A stretch of DNA of 64,000 nucleotides, from positions 69,330 to 133,329 of the forward strand of contig JAHEJM010000002.1 in assembly GCA_024638815.1 (NCBI GenBank), in the 5' to 3' direction. Shown piece after piece: positions 27,014 to 37,693 of the stretch. Source of the DNA: Acidimicrobiales bacterium. GTDB lineage: Bacteria; Actinomycetota; Acidimicrobiia; Acidimicrobiales; SZUA-35. Under the pieces are notes generated by a model that searched no databases, had not been told where the DNA came from, and was given only the letters and a program-made list of their open reading frames with translations. A program made the position numbers and the translations under genes. The stretch's first letter is position 1, and the number at the start of each line of letters is the position of its first letter.

Positions 27014-27582
27014 GCGAACGACGACGCACGCCCCCGTACGGGGGCGTTTTTGTTGCCCGTAGCGAAGTTCTCGACTCGGAGGCGGTGAGTCGGGCCATCC
27101 GCCGAATGGCCCACGAAATCGTCGAGGCCAACCGGGGCCTGGCCGACATTGTGCTCATCGGGCTGCAGACCGGAGGGGTGCCGTTCGCCGAGGCCATTGG
27201 TGGCGCCCTCATGGAGATCGAGGGAGTGGACGTTCCGGTGGGGAAGCTCGACGTCGCCTTCTACCGGGATGACATCAACATTCGCCCGGTGTTGCCGGAA
27301 GCCGCCACCGAGATCTCCCATGACATCGATCGCAAGGTCGTGGTGTTGGTCGACGATGTGCTGTTCACCGGTCGGACCATTCGGGCCGCCCTCGACGCCA
27401 TCATGGATCAGGGCCGGCCCCGAGCGATCCAGCTGGCGGTCATGGTCGACCGGGGCCATCGCGAACTCCCGATTCGGCCCGACTATGTCGGCAAGAACAT
27501 CCCGACCCGGCGCACCGAGGCCATCAACGCCACCCTGGATCGGGTCGAGGTGGGCGAGATGAGCAGGGAGCCGTCACGATGA
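27004..27582 (+). CDS. pyrR: bifunctional pyrimidine operon regulator / uracil phosphoribosyltransferase PyrR
   Basis: VLDSEAVSRAIRRMAHEIVEANRG aligns with the PyrR N-terminus, and the PRPP motif VVVLVDDVLFTGRTIRAA is present. TTG 27004 lies 6 nt after the SD and GTG 26998 is the alternative. There is no other in-frame canonical start before the conserved region. Confidence 0.9.
   Translation: MAERERRRTPPYGGVFVARSEVLDSEAVSRAIRRMAHEIVEANRGLADIVLIGLQTGGVPFAEAIGGALMEIEGVDVPVGKLDVAFYRDDINIRPVLPEAATEISHDIDRKVVVLVDDVLFTGRTIRAALDAIMDQGRPRAIQLAVMVDRGHRELPIRPDYVGKNIPTRRTEAINATLDRVEVGEMSREPSR
27028..27055 (+). terminator. intrinsic-terminator-like hairpin with U-tract (candidate pyr attenuator) inside the first pyrR codons
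   Basis: ACGCCCCC-GTAC-GGGGGCGT is an 8-bp stem with a tetraloop, followed by TTTTGTTG. It is the clearest canonical hairpin-plus-U-tract I saw in the window. Confidence 0.55.
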
Positions 27583-28583
27583 GGCATCTGCTGTCCATCG
27601 CCGATCTCTCGGCCGACGAACTGGTCGAACTGCTGGATCTGGCCGAGTCGTTCGACGAGATCCAGCATCGTTCCATCCCCAAGGTGCCGGCCCTCCGGGG
27701 CAAGACGGTGGTCATGGCCTTCTTCGAGGACTCGACCCGGACCAGGACCTCGTTCGACCTGGCGGCACGGCGGCTGTCGGCCGATGTCGTCAACTTCTCG
27801 GTCTCGTCCTCATCGACCAAGAAGGGCGAATCGCTGCGGGACACGGTGGAGACCATCGACGCCATGGGAGTTCAGGCCATCGTGGTTCGCCACTCCAGTT
27901 CGGGTGCCCCCCGGCAGATCTGCGAGTGGACCCGGGCCTCGGTGGTCAACGCCGGAGACGGTTGGCATCAGCACCCCACCCAGGCACTACTGGACTGCTT
28001 CACCATCCGCCGCCGTCTCGGCGGGCTCCAAGGGCGACACATCGCCATTTGCGGCGATATCAATCACTCCCGGGTGGCGCGCTCCGATGTCGACGCCTTC
28101 GTCAAACTGGGGGCCAGGGTGACGCTGGTCGGGCCTCGAACCCTGCTGCCCGACCGGTGGGACGACTGGGGGGTCGATGTCAGCCACGATCTCGACGAGG
28201 TGGTGTCCGAGGTCGACGTCATGTACCTGCTGCGGATCCAGCAGGAGCGGCTGGGCGATGCGCTGTTCCCCTCGATACGGGAGTACCGAACCCGGTGGGG
28301 TCTCACGGTGGACAGGGCTCGTCGCCTCCAGCCCGAAGCTCTCATCATGCATCCCGGGCCGATGAACCGGGGGGTGGAGATCGACCCCGAGGTCGCCGAC
28401 GACGGACGCTCGGTCGTGCTCGATCAGGTCGCAGCCGGAGTGCCGATTCGTATGGCCGTGCTCTACCGGCTCATGGGTCCCGGCCAGTTCGACGACAACC
28501 GGGCTACGGTCGGCGACGTCGAGTTGGCGCCCGCCTCCGGTCACGAACCCGACAACAAGCCGCTGGCTCAAGGAGTGATATGA
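27579..28583 (+). CDS. pyrB: aspartate carbamoyltransferase catalytic subunit
   Basis: Contains STRTR, HPTQ and HPGPMNRG motifs. ATGA overlap with pyrR. Confidence 0.95.
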   Translation: MRHLLSIADLSADELVELLDLAESFDEIQHRSIPKVPALRGKTVVMAFFEDSTRTRTSFDLAARRLSADVVNFSVSSSSTKKGESLRDTVETIDAMGVQAIVVRHSSSGAPRQICEWTRASVVNAGDGWHQHPTQALLDCFTIRRRLGGLQGRHIAICGDINHSRVARSDVDAFVKLGARVTLVGPRTLLPDRWDDWGVDVSHDLDEVVSEVDVMYLLRIQQERLGDALFPSIREYRTRWGLTVDRARRLQPEALIMHPGPMNRGVEIDPEVADDGRSVVLDQVAAGVPIRMAVLYRLMGPGQFDDNRATVGDVELAPASGHEPDNKPLAQGVI

Positions 28584-29875
28584 CAACCGTCGCCATCATG
28601 GGAGCAACCGTCGTCGACGAAGACGGGGAGAGAGCAGGGCCGGTTGTCGTCGACCAGTCGACGAAACAGGTGGTCGAGCTCGATCCGGCCCAGGCCGACC
28701 GGGAACTGGATGCCACCGGTTGTATCCTCGTTCCCGCCTTCGTCGATCTCCATGTCCATCTCCGCCAGCCCGGTAACGAGGCGGCCGAGACCATCGAGAC
28801 CGGTTCTCGAGCCGCCGCCCTCGGCGGCTACAGCGCGGTGGTGGCCATGCCCAACACCACCCCGTGCATGGATTCGGCCGCCGTCGTCACCGAGGTGCTG
28901 TCGTGGGCCGAGTCGGCGCTTTGCCACATCAAGCCGTCGGCCGCCATCACCGTCGGCCGCGACGGTCATGCCCTCTCGCCCATGGGTGAGCTGGTCGAGC
29001 TGGGTGTGCGGATGTTCACCGATGACGGGACCGGGGTTCAGGACGCCCAGCTGATGCGTCGGGCGCTGGAGTACGCCGGCAGCCTGGCTGCCGATGACGG
29101 AGCCGAGATCGTCCTATCCCAGCACTGTGAGGTCACCGCGCTGTCCCAGGGTGGGGTCATGCATGAGGGGGCTTGGTCGGCCCGGCTCGGACTCGGCGGC
29201 CAGCCGGCCGAGGCCGAGGAGCTGATGGTCATGCGGGACATCGCCCTTTCCCGGCTGACCGGTCAGCGGGTCCACGTCCAGCATCTGTCGACCGCCGGAA
29301 GTGTGGAGATGGTGCGTCGAGCCAAGGCCGAAGGCCATCCGGTTACGGCCGAGGCCACCCCGCACCACTTCACTCTCACCGATGCCTGCTGCGCCGACTA
29401 CGACACGGTGTTCAAGGTCCACCCTCCGCTGCGAACCGATTCCGATGTGGACGCCGTTCGCCAGGGGCTGGCCGACGGCACCATCGACGCCATCGCCACC
29501 GACCACGCGCCCCACACCCAGGACTCCAAGGAACGGCCCTTCGATGCCGCCCCACCCGGCATGTTGGGTTTGGAGACGGCGTTCGCCCTGGCCAACACCG
29601 AACTCGATCTGCCGCTGGCCAAGCTGCTCGAGCTCATGTCGACCCGGCCGGCCTGGATCGCCGGCCTGGGCGGTCGGCACGGATGCCCGATCCGCCCCGG
29701 TCAGCCGGCCAACTTGACCGTGATCGACCTCGACCACGCCTGGACCGTGGATCGGGGTCGGCTGGCCAGCCTGGCGGTCAACACCCCATTCCACGGGCGG
29801 AAGGTGAAAGGCAGGATCCGCCACACCATCTACGAAGGAGAACCCGTGGTCATCGACGGAAAGGCAACCCGATGA
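28580..29875 (+). CDS. pyrC: dihydroorotase
   Basis: ATG 28580 overlaps the pyrB stop. Amidohydrolase motifs are present: FVDLHVHLRQPG, ATDHAPH. The 27926 ORF start lies inside pyrB. Confidence 0.92.
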   Translation: MTTVAIMGATVVDEDGERAGPVVVDQSTKQVVELDPAQADRELDATGCILVPAFVDLHVHLRQPGNEAAETIETGSRAAALGGYSAVVAMPNTTPCMDSAAVVTEVLSWAESALCHIKPSAAITVGRDGHALSPMGELVELGVRMFTDDGTGVQDAQLMRRALEYAGSLAADDGAEIVLSQHCEVTALSQGGVMHEGAWSARLGLGGQPAEAEELMVMRDIALSRLTGQRVHVQHLSTAGSVEMVRRAKAEGHPVTAEATPHHFTLTDACCADYDTVFKVHPPLRTDSDVDAVRQGLADGTIDAIATDHAPHTQDSKERPFDAAPPGMLGLETAFALANTELDLPLAKLLELMSTRPAWIAGLGGRHGCPIRPGQPANLTVIDLDHAWTVDRGRLASLAVNTPFHGRKVKGRIRHTIYEGEPVVIDGKATR

Positions 29876-31077
29876 GCGATGTTCCCGTGACCGGCGATTC
29901 CCGGCCGCCGATGCGACCGTACGCCGCCGCCCTGGTCCTGGCCGACGGCTCGGTTTTCGAAGGAGAACACTTCGGTGCCGTGCCGGAGTCGGGTCCGGTG
30001 GTCTCCTCCGGTGAGGTGGTGTTCAACACCGCTCTGACCGGCTACCAGGAGATCCTGACCGATCCTTCCTATGCCGGTCAGATCATCACCTTCACCTATC
30101 CCCACATCGGCAACTACGGCACCGTCGACGACGACTCGGAGTCCAGGGCCACCTTCGCCCGCGGCGTGATCATCCGGGATCTCGCTCGCCGCCATTCCAG
30201 CTGGCGGGCCCAGCGCCCACTCGAGGCCTTCCTCATCGACCACGGCCTGTCCGGTATCGCCGGTGTCGATACCCGACGATTGACCAGGTTGTTGCGATCG
30301 AGCGGGGCCATGTCCGGCGCCTTCGGCCCGGTCGAGGGTCCCTTGGCCATCACGCTGGAGACGCTGAAGCAGGCGGCAGTGGAGGAGCCCGGCACCGATG
30401 GTGTTGATCTGGTGGCCGAGGTGACCACACCCTTGCCCTATTCGGTTCCGGCCTCCGATCCCGACCGGGAGCGGGTCATCGTGGCGCTGGATCTGGGGAT
30501 CAAGTCGACGATCGTGGCCAACCTGGCCCGGCTGGGCCGGGTCGAGGTGGTTCCCGCCTCGACCGATGCCGACGCTGTGCTGGCCCATGGCCCCGACGGC
30601 GTCTTCCTCTCCAACGGACCTGGGGATCCCACCGAGGTCCCGTATGTGGTCGACACCGTCCGCCGGTTGTTGGGCCGGGTCCCGGTGTTCGGGATCTGCC
30701 TGGGCCACCAGGTTCTGTCACTGGCCGTGGGGGGCCGCATCGTGAAGCTGCCGTTCGGCCACCACGGTGCCAATCACCCCGTCATGGATCAGACGACGGG
30801 CGTGGTGGAGATCACCAGTCAGAACCACAACTTCGCCGTCGATGCCGAATCGGTGGACGGCACGGCCGTGCTGACCCACGTGAACCTCAACGACGGGGTC
30901 TGTGAGGGAATTCAGCTCAAGGACGGGACCGCCTTCAGCGTGCAACATCATCCTGAGGCGGCGCCGGGCCCCCACGACAGCGGCTACCTGTTCGAACGAT
31001 TCGCCCGCCTGATGGACGACGGCAGGTTGAAGCCGGTGGAGGTCGCCGCGGCGTCATCCGAGGATGAGGAGGACTGA
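29872..31077 (+). CDS. carA: carbamoyl-phosphate synthase small (glutaminase) subunit
   Basis: ATG 29872 overlaps the pyrC stop. Contains [21 protein letters not shown], the nucleophile GICLGHQ and HHPEA. Confidence 0.95.
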   Translation: MSDVPVTGDSRPPMRPYAAALVLADGSVFEGEHFGAVPESGPVVSSGEVVFNTALTGYQEILTDPSYAGQIITFTYPHIGNYGTVDDDSESRATFARGVIIRDLARRHSSWRAQRPLEAFLIDHGLSGIAGVDTRRLTRLLRSSGAMSGAFGPVEGPLAITLETLKQAAVEEPGTDGVDLVAEVTTPLPYSVPASDPDRERVIVALDLGIKSTIVANLARLGRVEVVPASTDADAVLAHGPDGVFLSNGPGDPTEVPYVVDTVRRLLGRVPVFGICLGHQVLSLAVGGRIVKLPFGHHGANHPVMDQTTGVVEITSQNHNFAVDAESVDGTAVLTHVNLNDGVCEGIQLKDGTAFSVQHHPEAAPGPHDSGYLFERFARLMDDGRLKPVEVAAASSEDEED

Positions 31078-31078
31078 G

Positions 31079-34000
31079 ATGCCGAAGAGAACCGATATCG
31101 ATTCGATCCTGGTCATCGGCTCCGGACCGATCATCATCGGCCAGGCCTGCGAGTTCGATTACTCGGGAACCCAGGCCTGTCGCGTGCTGCGGGAGGAGGG
31201 CTACCGGGTGATTCTGGCCAACTCAAACCCGGCCACGATCATGACCGATCCCGACTTCGCCGACGCCACCTACGTCGAGCCGCTCACGCTTGAGGTTCTG
31301 ACCAAGATCATCGAGGCCGAGCGGCCCGATGCCCTGCTGCCCACGCTGGGTGGTCAGACCGCACTCAATTTGGCAATGGAGCTCGAGGAGGCCGATGTAC
31401 TCGGCCGGTTCGATGTCGAACTGATCGGGGCGAACGCCGAGGCCATCGCCACCGCCGAGGATCGACAGCGATTCAAGGACGCCATGGTCGAGATCGGCCT
31501 CGACGTGCCCCGTAGTGGCGTGGCCCGCACCGTCGACCAGGCCCACAAGATCGTCGATGAGATCCGGCTGCCGGTCATCATCCGTCCGGCCTACATTCTC
31601 GGGGGCCGGGGAACCGGTCTGGCCCATAGCGCCGAGGAGTTCGCCCGTATGGCCGCCGACGGCCTGGCCGCCAGCCCGATCTCGGAGATTCTGATCGAGG
31701 AGTCCATCGCCGGGTGGAAGGAGTTCGAGGTCGAGGTGATGCGGGATCGGCTCGACAATCAGGTCATCGTCTGCTCCATCGAGAACTTCGATCCCATGGG
31801 GGTCCACACCGGCGACTCCATCACCGTGGCCCCGGTGCAGACCCTGAGCGATGTCGAGTACCAGACCATGAGGGACGCCGCCTTCGCCTGCCTGCGCCGG
31901 GTCGGAGTGGAGACCGGTGGCTCCAACGTCCAGTTCGCCTTCCATCCCGACACCGGCCGTATGGTCATCATCGAGATGAACCCCAGGGTCAGCCGGTCAT
32001 CGGCCCTGGCCTCCAAAGCCACCGGGTTCCCGATCGCCAAGATCGCGGCCAAGTTGGCCATTGGCTACACGCTGGACGAGATCCCCAACGACATCACCAA
32101 GAAGACCCCGTCGTCGTTCGAGCCGGTCATCGACTATGTGGTGACCAAGATCCCCCGGTGGGCGTTCGAGAAGTTTCCGGGAACCCCCGGCGTGCTCGGC
32201 ACCTCGATGCAGTCCGTGGGGGAGGTCATGGCCATCGGTCGAACCTTCCCCGAGTCATTGCAGAAGGCATGCCGTTCCCTGGAGCTTGGCCAGTTCGGGC
32301 TCAACGGATCGGAGGTCGAGAAACGGTTTGATGAGCCGTCGGTCGAGGAGCTGAAGAAACAGGTGGCCGTCGCCACCCCCGATCGGATCTTCCAGATCGA
32401 GGCCGCCTTGCGGGCAGGTGTCGGGGTCGACGAGCTCTATGAGATCACCAGCATCGACCCCTGGTTCCTCGATCAGATGGCGATGATCGTGGACGAGCGG
32501 CTCGGTCTCGAAGGCCGCCCGGCCGAATCGTTGACCCGCTCCGACTGGCGTCGTGCCAAGCAGCTCGGCTTCAGCGACGTCCAACTGTCCTACCTGCTGG
32601 GGGTTCCCGACGCTGAAGTCCGGGAGCGGCGCACCGGACACGGAGTGGTTCCCACCTACAAGACGGTGGACACCTGTGCCGCCGAATTCGAGGCCGAGAC
32701 CCCGTACCACTATTCGACCTTCGAGGACGAGAGCGAGATCCGCCCATCGGACCGACCGAAGATCATGATTCTCGGTTCGGGTCCCAACCGGATCGGTCAG
32801 GGCATCGAGTTCGACTACTGCTGTGTCCACGCCAGCTTCGCCCTCCGGGACGCCGGCTACGAGACCATCATGGTCAACTGCAACCCGGAGACGGTATCGA
32901 CCGACTACGACACCTCGGATCGGCTGTACTTCGAGCCGATCACCCTCGAGGATGTCATGAATATCGTCGAGGTCGAGAAGCCGGTCGGCATCGTGGTGTC
33001 ACTGGGCGGTCAAACACCGCTCAAGCTCGCCGATCTCCTGCCGCCGAAGCTGGTCTTGGGGACAGCGCCGGCCTCGATCGACCTGGCCGAAGACCGCGAC
33101 CGTTGGGGTGAGCTGTGCCATCGCCTCGACATCCCGCAGCCTGCCGGCGGGACCGCCGCAACCGTTGAAGAGGCCTTGGCCGTGGCCGCAGAGGTCACCT
33201 ACCCTGCCCTGGTCCGCCCCAGCTACGTGCTCGGGGGTCGGGCCATGGAGCTGGTGTACAACGATGAGGATCTGACCCGGGCCATGGAGGCAATAGGCGG
33301 GTCTGGATCGCTGGGTCGGGAAGGCGGCCTGTCGGCGCAACGACCGGTTCTCATCGACCGTTTCCTGGAAAGCGCGGTCGAGGTGGATGTCGATGCGGTT
33401 CGCGACGCCGAGGGGGAGCTGCTGATCGGTGGTGTGATGGAACACGTCGAGGAGGCCGGCGTCCACTCCGGCGACTCGGCCTGTGTGCTCCCACCTCGGG
33501 GCCTGTCGCCGACGGTGGTGGCCGACCTCGAGCGTTATGTTGCTCGCATCGCCGCCGAACTCGATGTTCGGGGCCTCATCAATGTCCAGTTTGCAGTCAA
33601 GGACAACGAGGTGTTCGTGATCGAGGCCAACCCTCGGGCGTCGAGGACCGTGCCCTTCGTGGCCAAGGCCACCGGTCGACCCTTGGCCAAGATCGCGTCC
33701 CGAGTCATGGCCGGGGCCACCTTGGCCGAGCTCAGGGCCGAGGGTCTGCTGTCGGATTCGGTGGTCGAAGGCTATTGGGCGGTGAAAGAGGCCGTGCTTC
33801 CCTTCGGCCGCTTTCCCGAGACCGATGCCCTGCTCGGTCCCGAGATGCGCTCCACCGGGGAGGTCATGGGCATCGACGTCAACCCCGGTGTGGCCTTCGT
33901 CAAGAGCCAGCTCGCGGCCGGGACGAACCTGCCGGCTTCGGGCGAGTCGTGCGTCTTCATGTCGCTGGCCGATCGTGACAAGGAGGGCGGAGTAGCGGTG

Positions 34001-34354
34001 GCCGAGATCCTGGCCGAGCTCGGGTTCTCCCTGGTGGCGACGGCAGGTACCGCGGCCCGGCTCGAGGAGGCGGAGTTGAAGGTGGCCCAGGTGCTGAGCC
34101 GGTTGGACGGCGAGGACGAGAATGCCGTCGACCTGCTGGAGCAGGGTCGAATCTGCCTCGTCATCAACACCCCCCGGGGTCCGGGGCCTCGAAGCGACGG
34201 TGCCTACATTCGACGTGCGGCGGGTCAGCACGATGTCCCACTGGTGACCACGATCGCCGCCGCTCTGGCCGCAGCCCGGGGAATGCGGGATCTGCGCAAC
34301 AACTCGCTGTCGGTACGAAGCCTTCAGGACATCCACAACGGTGTGGCCGGCTGA
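31079..34354 (+). CDS. carB: carbamoyl-phosphate synthase large subunit
   Basis: Begins [33 protein letters not shown]. It has duplicated ATP-grasp halves and a C-terminal MGS-like domain. ATG lies 1 nt after the carA stop. Confidence 0.97.
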   Translation: MPKRTDIDSILVIGSGPIIIGQACEFDYSGTQACRVLREEGYRVILANSNPATIMTDPDFADATYVEPLTLEVLTKIIEAERPDALLPTLGGQTALNLAMELEEADVLGRFDVELIGANAEAIATAEDRQRFKDAMVEIGLDVPRSGVARTVDQAHKIVDEIRLPVIIRPAYILGGRGTGLAHSAEEFARMAADGLAASPISEILIEESIAGWKEFEVEVMRDRLDNQVIVCSIENFDPMGVHTGDSITVAPVQTLSDVEYQTMRDAAFACLRRVGVETGGSNVQFAFHPDTGRMVIIEMNPRVSRSSALASKATGFPIAKIAAKLAIGYTLDEIPNDITKKTPSSFEPVIDYVVTKIPRWAFEKFPGTPGVLGTSMQSVGEVMAIGRTFPESLQKACRSLELGQFGLNGSEVEKRFDEPSVEELKKQVAVATPDRIFQIEAALRAGVGVDELYEITSIDPWFLDQMAMIVDERLGLEGRPAESLTRSDWRRAKQLGFSDVQLSYLLGVPDAEVRERRTGHGVVPTYKTVDTCAAEFEAETPYHYSTFEDESEIRPSDRPKIMILGSGPNRIGQGIEFDYCCVHASFALRDAGYETIMVNCNPETVSTDYDTSDRLYFEPITLEDVMNIVEVEKPVGIVVSLGGQTPLKLADLLPPKLVLGTAPASIDLAEDRDRWGELCHRLDIPQPAGGTAATVEEALAVAAEVTYPALVRPSYVLGGRAMELVYNDEDLTRAMEAIGGSGSLGREGGLSAQRPVLIDRFLESAVEVDVDAVRDAEGELLIGGVMEHVEEAGVHSGDSACVLPPRGLSPTVVADLERYVARIAAELDVRGLINVQFAVKDNEVFVIEANPRASRTVPFVAKATGRPLAKIASRVMAGATLAELRAEGLLSDSVVEGYWAVKEAVLPFGRFPETDALLGPEMRSTGEVMGIDVNPGVAFVKSQLAAGTNLPASGESCVFMSLADRDKEGGVAVAEILAELGFSLVATAGTAARLEEAELKVAQVLSRLDGEDENAVDLLEQGRICLVINTPRGPGPRSDGAYIRRAAGQHDVPLVTTIAAALAAARGMRDLRNNSLSVRSLQDIHNGVAG

Positions 34355-34370
34355 CCCCGATTGGTCGGTG

Positions 34371-35387
34371 ATGGCATCCAAGGGGGTTGATGAAGATGAC
34401 TCATTCCGTACGCCAATGGGCTCGCTGATGCGGCGGCGGAGAACGAACTGGCGGCGAGGGTCGGCGCCGAGCATCGATCTTGCCACCGTGATCGGATCGG
34501 TGCGGTTGCCGTCGCCAATCATGACCGCGGCCGGTACCGCCGGCCACGGCGCCGAGTTGGGGGCCTACGTCGACCTGTCCACCCTCGGTGCGGTGGTGGT
34601 CAAATCGCTCGCCCCTTACCCGTGGGACGGCAACCCTCCGGTGCGGGTTCATCAAACTGCTGCCGGCATGATCAATTCGGTGGGCCTGCAGGGTCCGGGC
34701 GTCGAGCGCTGGTTGGCCGACGAACTGCCCGAGCTGGCAGCCGGCGGGGCCCGGGTCGTGGCCTCCATCTGGGGTCGGACGGTTGCCGACTATCGCCAGG
34801 CGGCCCGGATGTTGGCCGCCGCCCCCGACTGTGTGGTCGCCGTCGAGGTCAACATCTCCTGCCCCAACACCGAGGCCGGCAATGCCATGTTCGCCCACTC
34901 CGTCGAGATGACCGAGGAGGTGTTGACCGTCACCGAGGACTGTGGCCGACCCCGGTGGGCCAAACTCAGCCCCAACATCGGTACCGGCCTTGTCGACATC
35001 GCCGCGGCGGCAGCCGCCGGCGGGGCTGAAGCCGTGACCTTGGTCAACACCTACTTCGGGCTGGTTGTCGACCCGGTGTCCGGTCGACCGGTCCTCGGCG
35101 GCGGCGCCGGTGGAGTGTCAGGAGCGGCCATCAAACCCCTGGCGGTGCGGGCCGTGGCCGATGTGGCCGCCGCCCATCCCTCGTTACCCATCATCGGCGT
35201 AGGCGGTATTCGCACCGCCGACGATGTGGTCGAGTTCGCCCGGGTCGGGGCATCGGGGGTCCAGGTCGGCACCGCCACCCTGGCCGATCCCCGTACCGTC
35301 GGTCGGCTGGGGCCGGAGCTGGCACGGTGGTGTGACGACCATGATGTCGCCTCGTTTGCCGATTTGGTGGGATCGGCCCGGCTATGA
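34371..35387 (+). CDS. pyrD: dihydroorotate dehydrogenase (class 1-like)
   Basis: Contains PIMTAAGTAG, NSVGLQGPG, VNISCPNT and GVGGI motifs. The start is uncertain (GTG 34341, ATG 34371, 34416 or 34428). No pyrK-like gene is adjacent. Confidence 0.85.
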   Translation: MASKGVDEDDSFRTPMGSLMRRRRTNWRRGSAPSIDLATVIGSVRLPSPIMTAAGTAGHGAELGAYVDLSTLGAVVVKSLAPYPWDGNPPVRVHQTAAGMINSVGLQGPGVERWLADELPELAAGGARVVASIWGRTVADYRQAARMLAAAPDCVVAVEVNISCPNTEAGNAMFAHSVEMTEEVLTVTEDCGRPRWAKLSPNIGTGLVDIAAAAAAGGAEAVTLVNTYFGLVVDPVSGRPVLGGGAGGVSGAAIKPLAVRAVADVAAAHPSLPIIGVGGIRTADDVVEFARVGASGVQVGTATLADPRTVGRLGPELARWCDDHDVASFADLVGSARL

Positions 35388-35448
35388 GTGGACTTGGCCT
35401 AGTCTTGGGGGAGGACATCAAACGCAATCCACCGAGGAGAATCCACTC

Positions 35449-36174
35449 GTGGCGACCACTACCGAGCCGGCTATCGACGGCCTGACCCCCGAACTGCGAG
35501 CCAAGATGGCGTTGGCCCTCGACGTCGACGACCTGGTCGAGGCCGTTCGACTGGCCCGGAAGCTGTCTCCTTGGTTCGGCGTGGCCAAGATCGGGCTGGA
35601 ATTGTTCACCGCAGCCGGGCCTGACGCCGTTGGGGCCATGATCGACACCGGCTTCGATGTCTTTCTCGATCTCAAGCTCCATGACATCCCGACCACGGTG
35701 GGCAAGGCGGCCAATGTGGCGGGAGCCCTCGGGGCCTCCTATCTGACCATGCACGCCCATGGAGGTGAGGCCATGCTGCGAGCCGGGGTCGAGGGGCTGC
35801 AGACCGGGGCCATGAACGCCGGACTACCGGCTCCGGTCGCTGTCGCCATAACCGTGTTGACGAGCGACGGCGATGCTCCGGCCCATATCATGCCGAGTCG
35901 GTTGCGGTTGGCCGTCGAGGCCGGTTGCGGCGGCATCGTGTGTTCCGGTGCCACACTCCGTGATGCCAGAGAACTGTCACCGCGGACGACGCGGGTCACG
36001 CCCGGTATCCGGTCCGCCGGAGGGGACAGCCATGATCAGCCACATCCACTCACCCCGGCCAAGGCCTTGGAGGAAGGCGCCGATTTGTTGGTGGTCGGCC
36101 GGGCGGTCACCCTGGCCGACGATCCGGCGGCGGCCGCCGCCGAGTTGTTCGCCGATCTGCCCGACCCGGGGTGA
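35449..36174 (+). CDS. pyrF: orotidine 5'-phosphate decarboxylase
   Basis: GTG 35449 is preceded by the SD GAGGAGA. Contains LALDV, VFLDLKLHDIPTTV and LVVGRAV motifs. Confidence 0.87.
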   Translation: MATTTEPAIDGLTPELRAKMALALDVDDLVEAVRLARKLSPWFGVAKIGLELFTAAGPDAVGAMIDTGFDVFLDLKLHDIPTTVGKAANVAGALGASYLTMHAHGGEAMLRAGVEGLQTGAMNAGLPAPVAVAITVLTSDGDAPAHIMPSRLRLAVEAGCGGIVCSGATLRDARELSPRTTRVTPGIRSAGGDSHDQPHPLTPAKALEEGADLLVVGRAVTLADDPAAAAAELFADLPDPG

Positions 36175-36393
36175 TGCATCGCAACGCTGCCGGCGACCGG
36201 ACCCATCCATCGCTCGCCCGGCGAGATCGGCCCAATCCTCAACAATGTTCGTTCCGGCACCGGTTTCGGGGCAAACTGTACATACGACGTTTGACGTCGT
36301 GTCGAAGCGGCGGAATCGGCTGTCACCCACCCCATGATCGTGACGGCCGCTCGCTCGGCTGAATTCGCCCCCCGACTTCAAGAGCGTTCACTT

Positions 36394-36708
36394 ATGGCTA
36401 CACCCCCAAAACTGACATCGGAACAGCGCCAGGCGGCCCTGGAAAAGGCGGCCAAGGCCCGACAATTGCGATCGGAAATAAAGAATCGACTCAAAATCGG
36501 GTCGATGACCTTCACTGAGCTACTGATGCAGGCCGATGAGGAACCTATGGTGGCCAAAATCAAGGTACTGACCGCCCTGGAGTCGCTTCCGGGGGTGGGC
36601 AAGGTCACCGCCCGGCGCACGATGGAGCGCTTGGGGATCGCCGAATCCCGGCGGTTGTCGGGCCTCGGTCCTCAACAACGCAAGTCCCTGCTGGAGGTGT
36701 TCTCCTGA
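36394..36708 (+). CDS. mihF: actinobacterial integration host factor mIHF
   Basis: 104 aa beginning MATPPKLTSEQRQAALEKAAKAR, with ALESLPGVGKVTA. This protein is characteristic of Actinomycetota and sits in the conserved pyrF-mihF-gmk position. Confidence 0.85.
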   Translation: MATPPKLTSEQRQAALEKAAKARQLRSEIKNRLKIGSMTFTELLMQADEEPMVAKIKVLTALESLPGVGKVTARRTMERLGIAESRRLSGLGPQQRKSLLEVFS

Positions 36709-36715
36709 CTGGGTC

Positions 36716-36760
36716 GGACCTGCGGAGCAGGTCCTTACCGAGTTCCGCTTGTGGCGGAAC
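36716..36760 (+). terminator. two consecutive hairpins between mihF and gmk (candidate partial terminator)
   Basis: GGACCTGC-gga-GCAGGTCC spans 36716-36734 and is followed by TT. GTTCCGC-ttgtg-GCGGAAC spans 36742-36760. Confidence 0.4.
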
Positions 36761-36805
36761 GTCGCCGGCTGGAGGTTGGCGTGCATGGGTGCGAAAGGTA
36801 GGCCG

Positions 36806-37375
36806 ATGACAGCTGACTCTCTTCTCGTTGTGGTTTCCGGCCCCGGAGGTGTGGGCAAGAGCACCGTGGTCAAGGCTCTGGTCGACCGCTATCCAGAATT
36901 ATGGCTCAGTCGGTCGTGGACCACACGGAAGCGCCGACCAACCGAGGATCCCGAGGCGTATGTCTTTGTTTCCCGGGAGGAGTTCGAAGCTCGCATCGAG
37001 GCCGACGGTTTCCTCGAATACGCCGAGTTCCTCGGCAACTACTACGGGACTCCTGTCTTCGTACCGCCCGACGGTCGCGACGTCATTCTCGAGATCGACG
37101 TTCAGGGGGCTCGGCAGGTTCTGCGCAGGGAGACCGAGGCCGTATTGATCTTCCTACAAGCCCCGTCCCAGGAGGAGCAACTGGCCCGTCTGCGACGACG
37201 GGGCGATCCCGAGGAAAAAGTGGCCCAGCGGGTGCAGAAGGCCACCCAGGAGGCCGACGCCGGTCGGGAACTCAACGCCCAGATCGTGACCAACTTCGAC
37301 ATCAACGAGACGGTCGAGATCATGTGGAGCATCATCGAGAAGGCCCGGGCGGCTCAGGGCCGAACAGGGCTGTGA
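36806..37375 (+). CDS. gmk: guanylate kinase
   Basis: P-loop VVVSGPGGVGKST, then SWTTRKRRPTE and EYAEFLGNYYGT. ATG 36785 is the alternative start. Confidence 0.92.
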   Translation: MTADSLLVVVSGPGGVGKSTVVKALVDRYPELWLSRSWTTRKRRPTEDPEAYVFVSREEFEARIEADGFLEYAEFLGNYYGTPVFVPPDGRDVILEIDVQGARQVLRRETEAVLIFLQAPSQEEQLARLRRRGDPEEKVAQRVQKATQEADAGRELNAQIVTNFDINETVEIMWSIIEKARAAQGRTGL

Positions 37376-37408
37376 CCGACCTATACTGATTGGTTGGAGG
37401 TAGCCCAA

Positions 37409-37687
37409 ATGGCTGACACGTACGATTCGATGATGAGCCCCCAGGTCGAAGGGCTCATGGAAAAGGCCGGATCGAAGTTCGGTTTATGCACGCTGGCGGC
37501 CCAGCGGGCCCGCCAGATCAATGCCTACTTCGGTCAGCTCGGAGAGGGCCTTGGGGCCATGATCCCGCCCCAGGTCACCTCGGTGGCCCGCAAGCCACTG
37601 TCGATCGCCTTCGAGGAGATCGCCGCCGACAAGATCGTGCCGGTTCGAACCGGCGACGAGCTTCGGTCCGAGAACGGCGAGTCGTAG
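37409..37687 (+). CDS. rpoZ: DNA-directed RNA polymerase subunit omega
   Basis: 92 aa containing SKFGLCTLAAQRARQIN, in the conserved position after gmk. Confidence 0.87.
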   Translation: MADTYDSMMSPQVEGLMEKAGSKFGLCTLAAQRARQINAYFGQLGEGLGAMIPPQVTSVARKPLSIAFEEIAADKIVPVRTGDELRSENGES

Positions 37688-37693
37688 TCGACC

